This document shows positions 23,704 through 24,000 of a DNA stretch of 24,000 nucleotides, piece after piece; positions within the stretch are counted from its first letter, which is position 1; each line of letters opens with the position of its first letter. The DNA comes from Bacillus bruguierae. Lineage in GTDB: Bacteria > Bacillota > Bacilli > Bacillales > Bacillaceae_G. The DNA lies in NCBI RefSeq assembly GCF_037104725.1, contig NZ_JBAWSX010000014.1, positions 1-24,000 of the forward strand, in the 5' to 3' direction. Position numbers and translations under genes: made by a program. Under the pieces are notes generated by a model, which did not search any database, was not told where the DNA came from, and saw nothing but the letters and a program-made list of their open reading frames with translations.

Positions 23704-23719
23704 TATGCATAATTTCATA
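23704..23719. promoter_or_regulatory. PlcR box upstream of the M60 peptidase gene
   Basis: TATGCATAATTTCATA matches the palindromic consensus TATGnAnnnnTnCATA at every fixed position. A TATAAT -10 (minus strand, 23671-23676) lies 27 nt downstream. About 145 nt upstream of the start codon. Confidence 0.65.
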
Positions 23720-23797
23720 TTTATATATTGAAAATATCGCTTCTAAAGAGATTACCACATGCGAAATTCCGCCCCGCCAATCAAGCGAATCAGGAAA

Positions 23798-23826
23798 AGG
23801 ACTGCTCCGTAAGCAGTCCTTTTTTA
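23798..23826 (+). terminator. Rho-independent terminator (owner gene not in window)
   Basis: Stem AGGACTGCT/AGCAGTCCT with a 5-nt loop, then TTTTTT on the plus strand. An A-run upstream makes it potentially bidirectional. Confidence 0.55.
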
Positions 23827-23871
23827 TCATGTTTATTCACATTCTCATACCCTATCTTTATCAATCATACG

Positions 23872-23939
23872 ATATCGACCGTTCTTTCAAATATATCGGC
23901 GATTTTTAACATATATCGACGTTTCGACACAGGATATCG
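23872..23939. repeat. Four phased ATATCG(A/G)C motifs, 20-21 bp apart
   Basis: ATATCG starts at 23872, 23893, 23913 and 23934. TTCGACA/TCCGACA (reverse complement of a TGNCGAA-like box) lies adjacent to the last two. Confidence 0.5.
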
Positions 23940-24000
23940 ACCTTCCGACAAATTTCGCCGCGCAATAAGAAAAGCAATCACAACTGAATTCGAGTTCCCA

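Overview
AT-rich Firmicutes chromosomal segment. A perfect PlcR box and the gene content point to the Bacillus cereus group. At the right end is a secreted M60/enhancin-like metallopeptidase (22151-23560) preceded by that PlcR box. Otherwise essentially every credible gene is on the minus strand and belongs to one large polymorphic-toxin island. At 21703-17716 lies an intact six-gene operon. It encodes four small helical/WXG100-like partner proteins and a 540-aa modular toxin. The toxin has a helical N-terminal domain, a hydrophobic Gly-rich pre-toxin 'TG'-like segment and a C-terminal YwqJ-like CAE...CxxC deaminase tip. A SUKH-3-like immunity gene follows, closed by a strong terminator. Downstream, for 17.4 kb to the left window edge, runs a co-directional array of at least 11 orphan cassettes. 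Each is a 5'-truncated or frameshifted toxin tip followed by an intact, RBS-equipped small immunity gene. The cassettes include WHH nuclease/SUKH-1 (two copies) and four paralogous DxE...CxxC deaminase-like tips, each with a divergent helical immunity gene. There are also an EndoU tip, a GH-E/HNH-like tip with an Imm22-like gene, an unknown tip with an 83-aa immunity gene, and several toxin-less immunity genes. Cassettes are joined by recurring junction modules: a G-[ILV]-E-A-S-L-A coding block, and an immunity 3' end + 15-bp-stem terminator + spacer + TG remnant. Also present are a 408-bp near-identical direct repeat 12.5 kb apart, an intact IS630-family element, an IS3-family remnant and a GC-rich scar. 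No rRNA, tRNA or CRISPR array was seen. All family names are recalled from motif recognition by eye; no searches were run.
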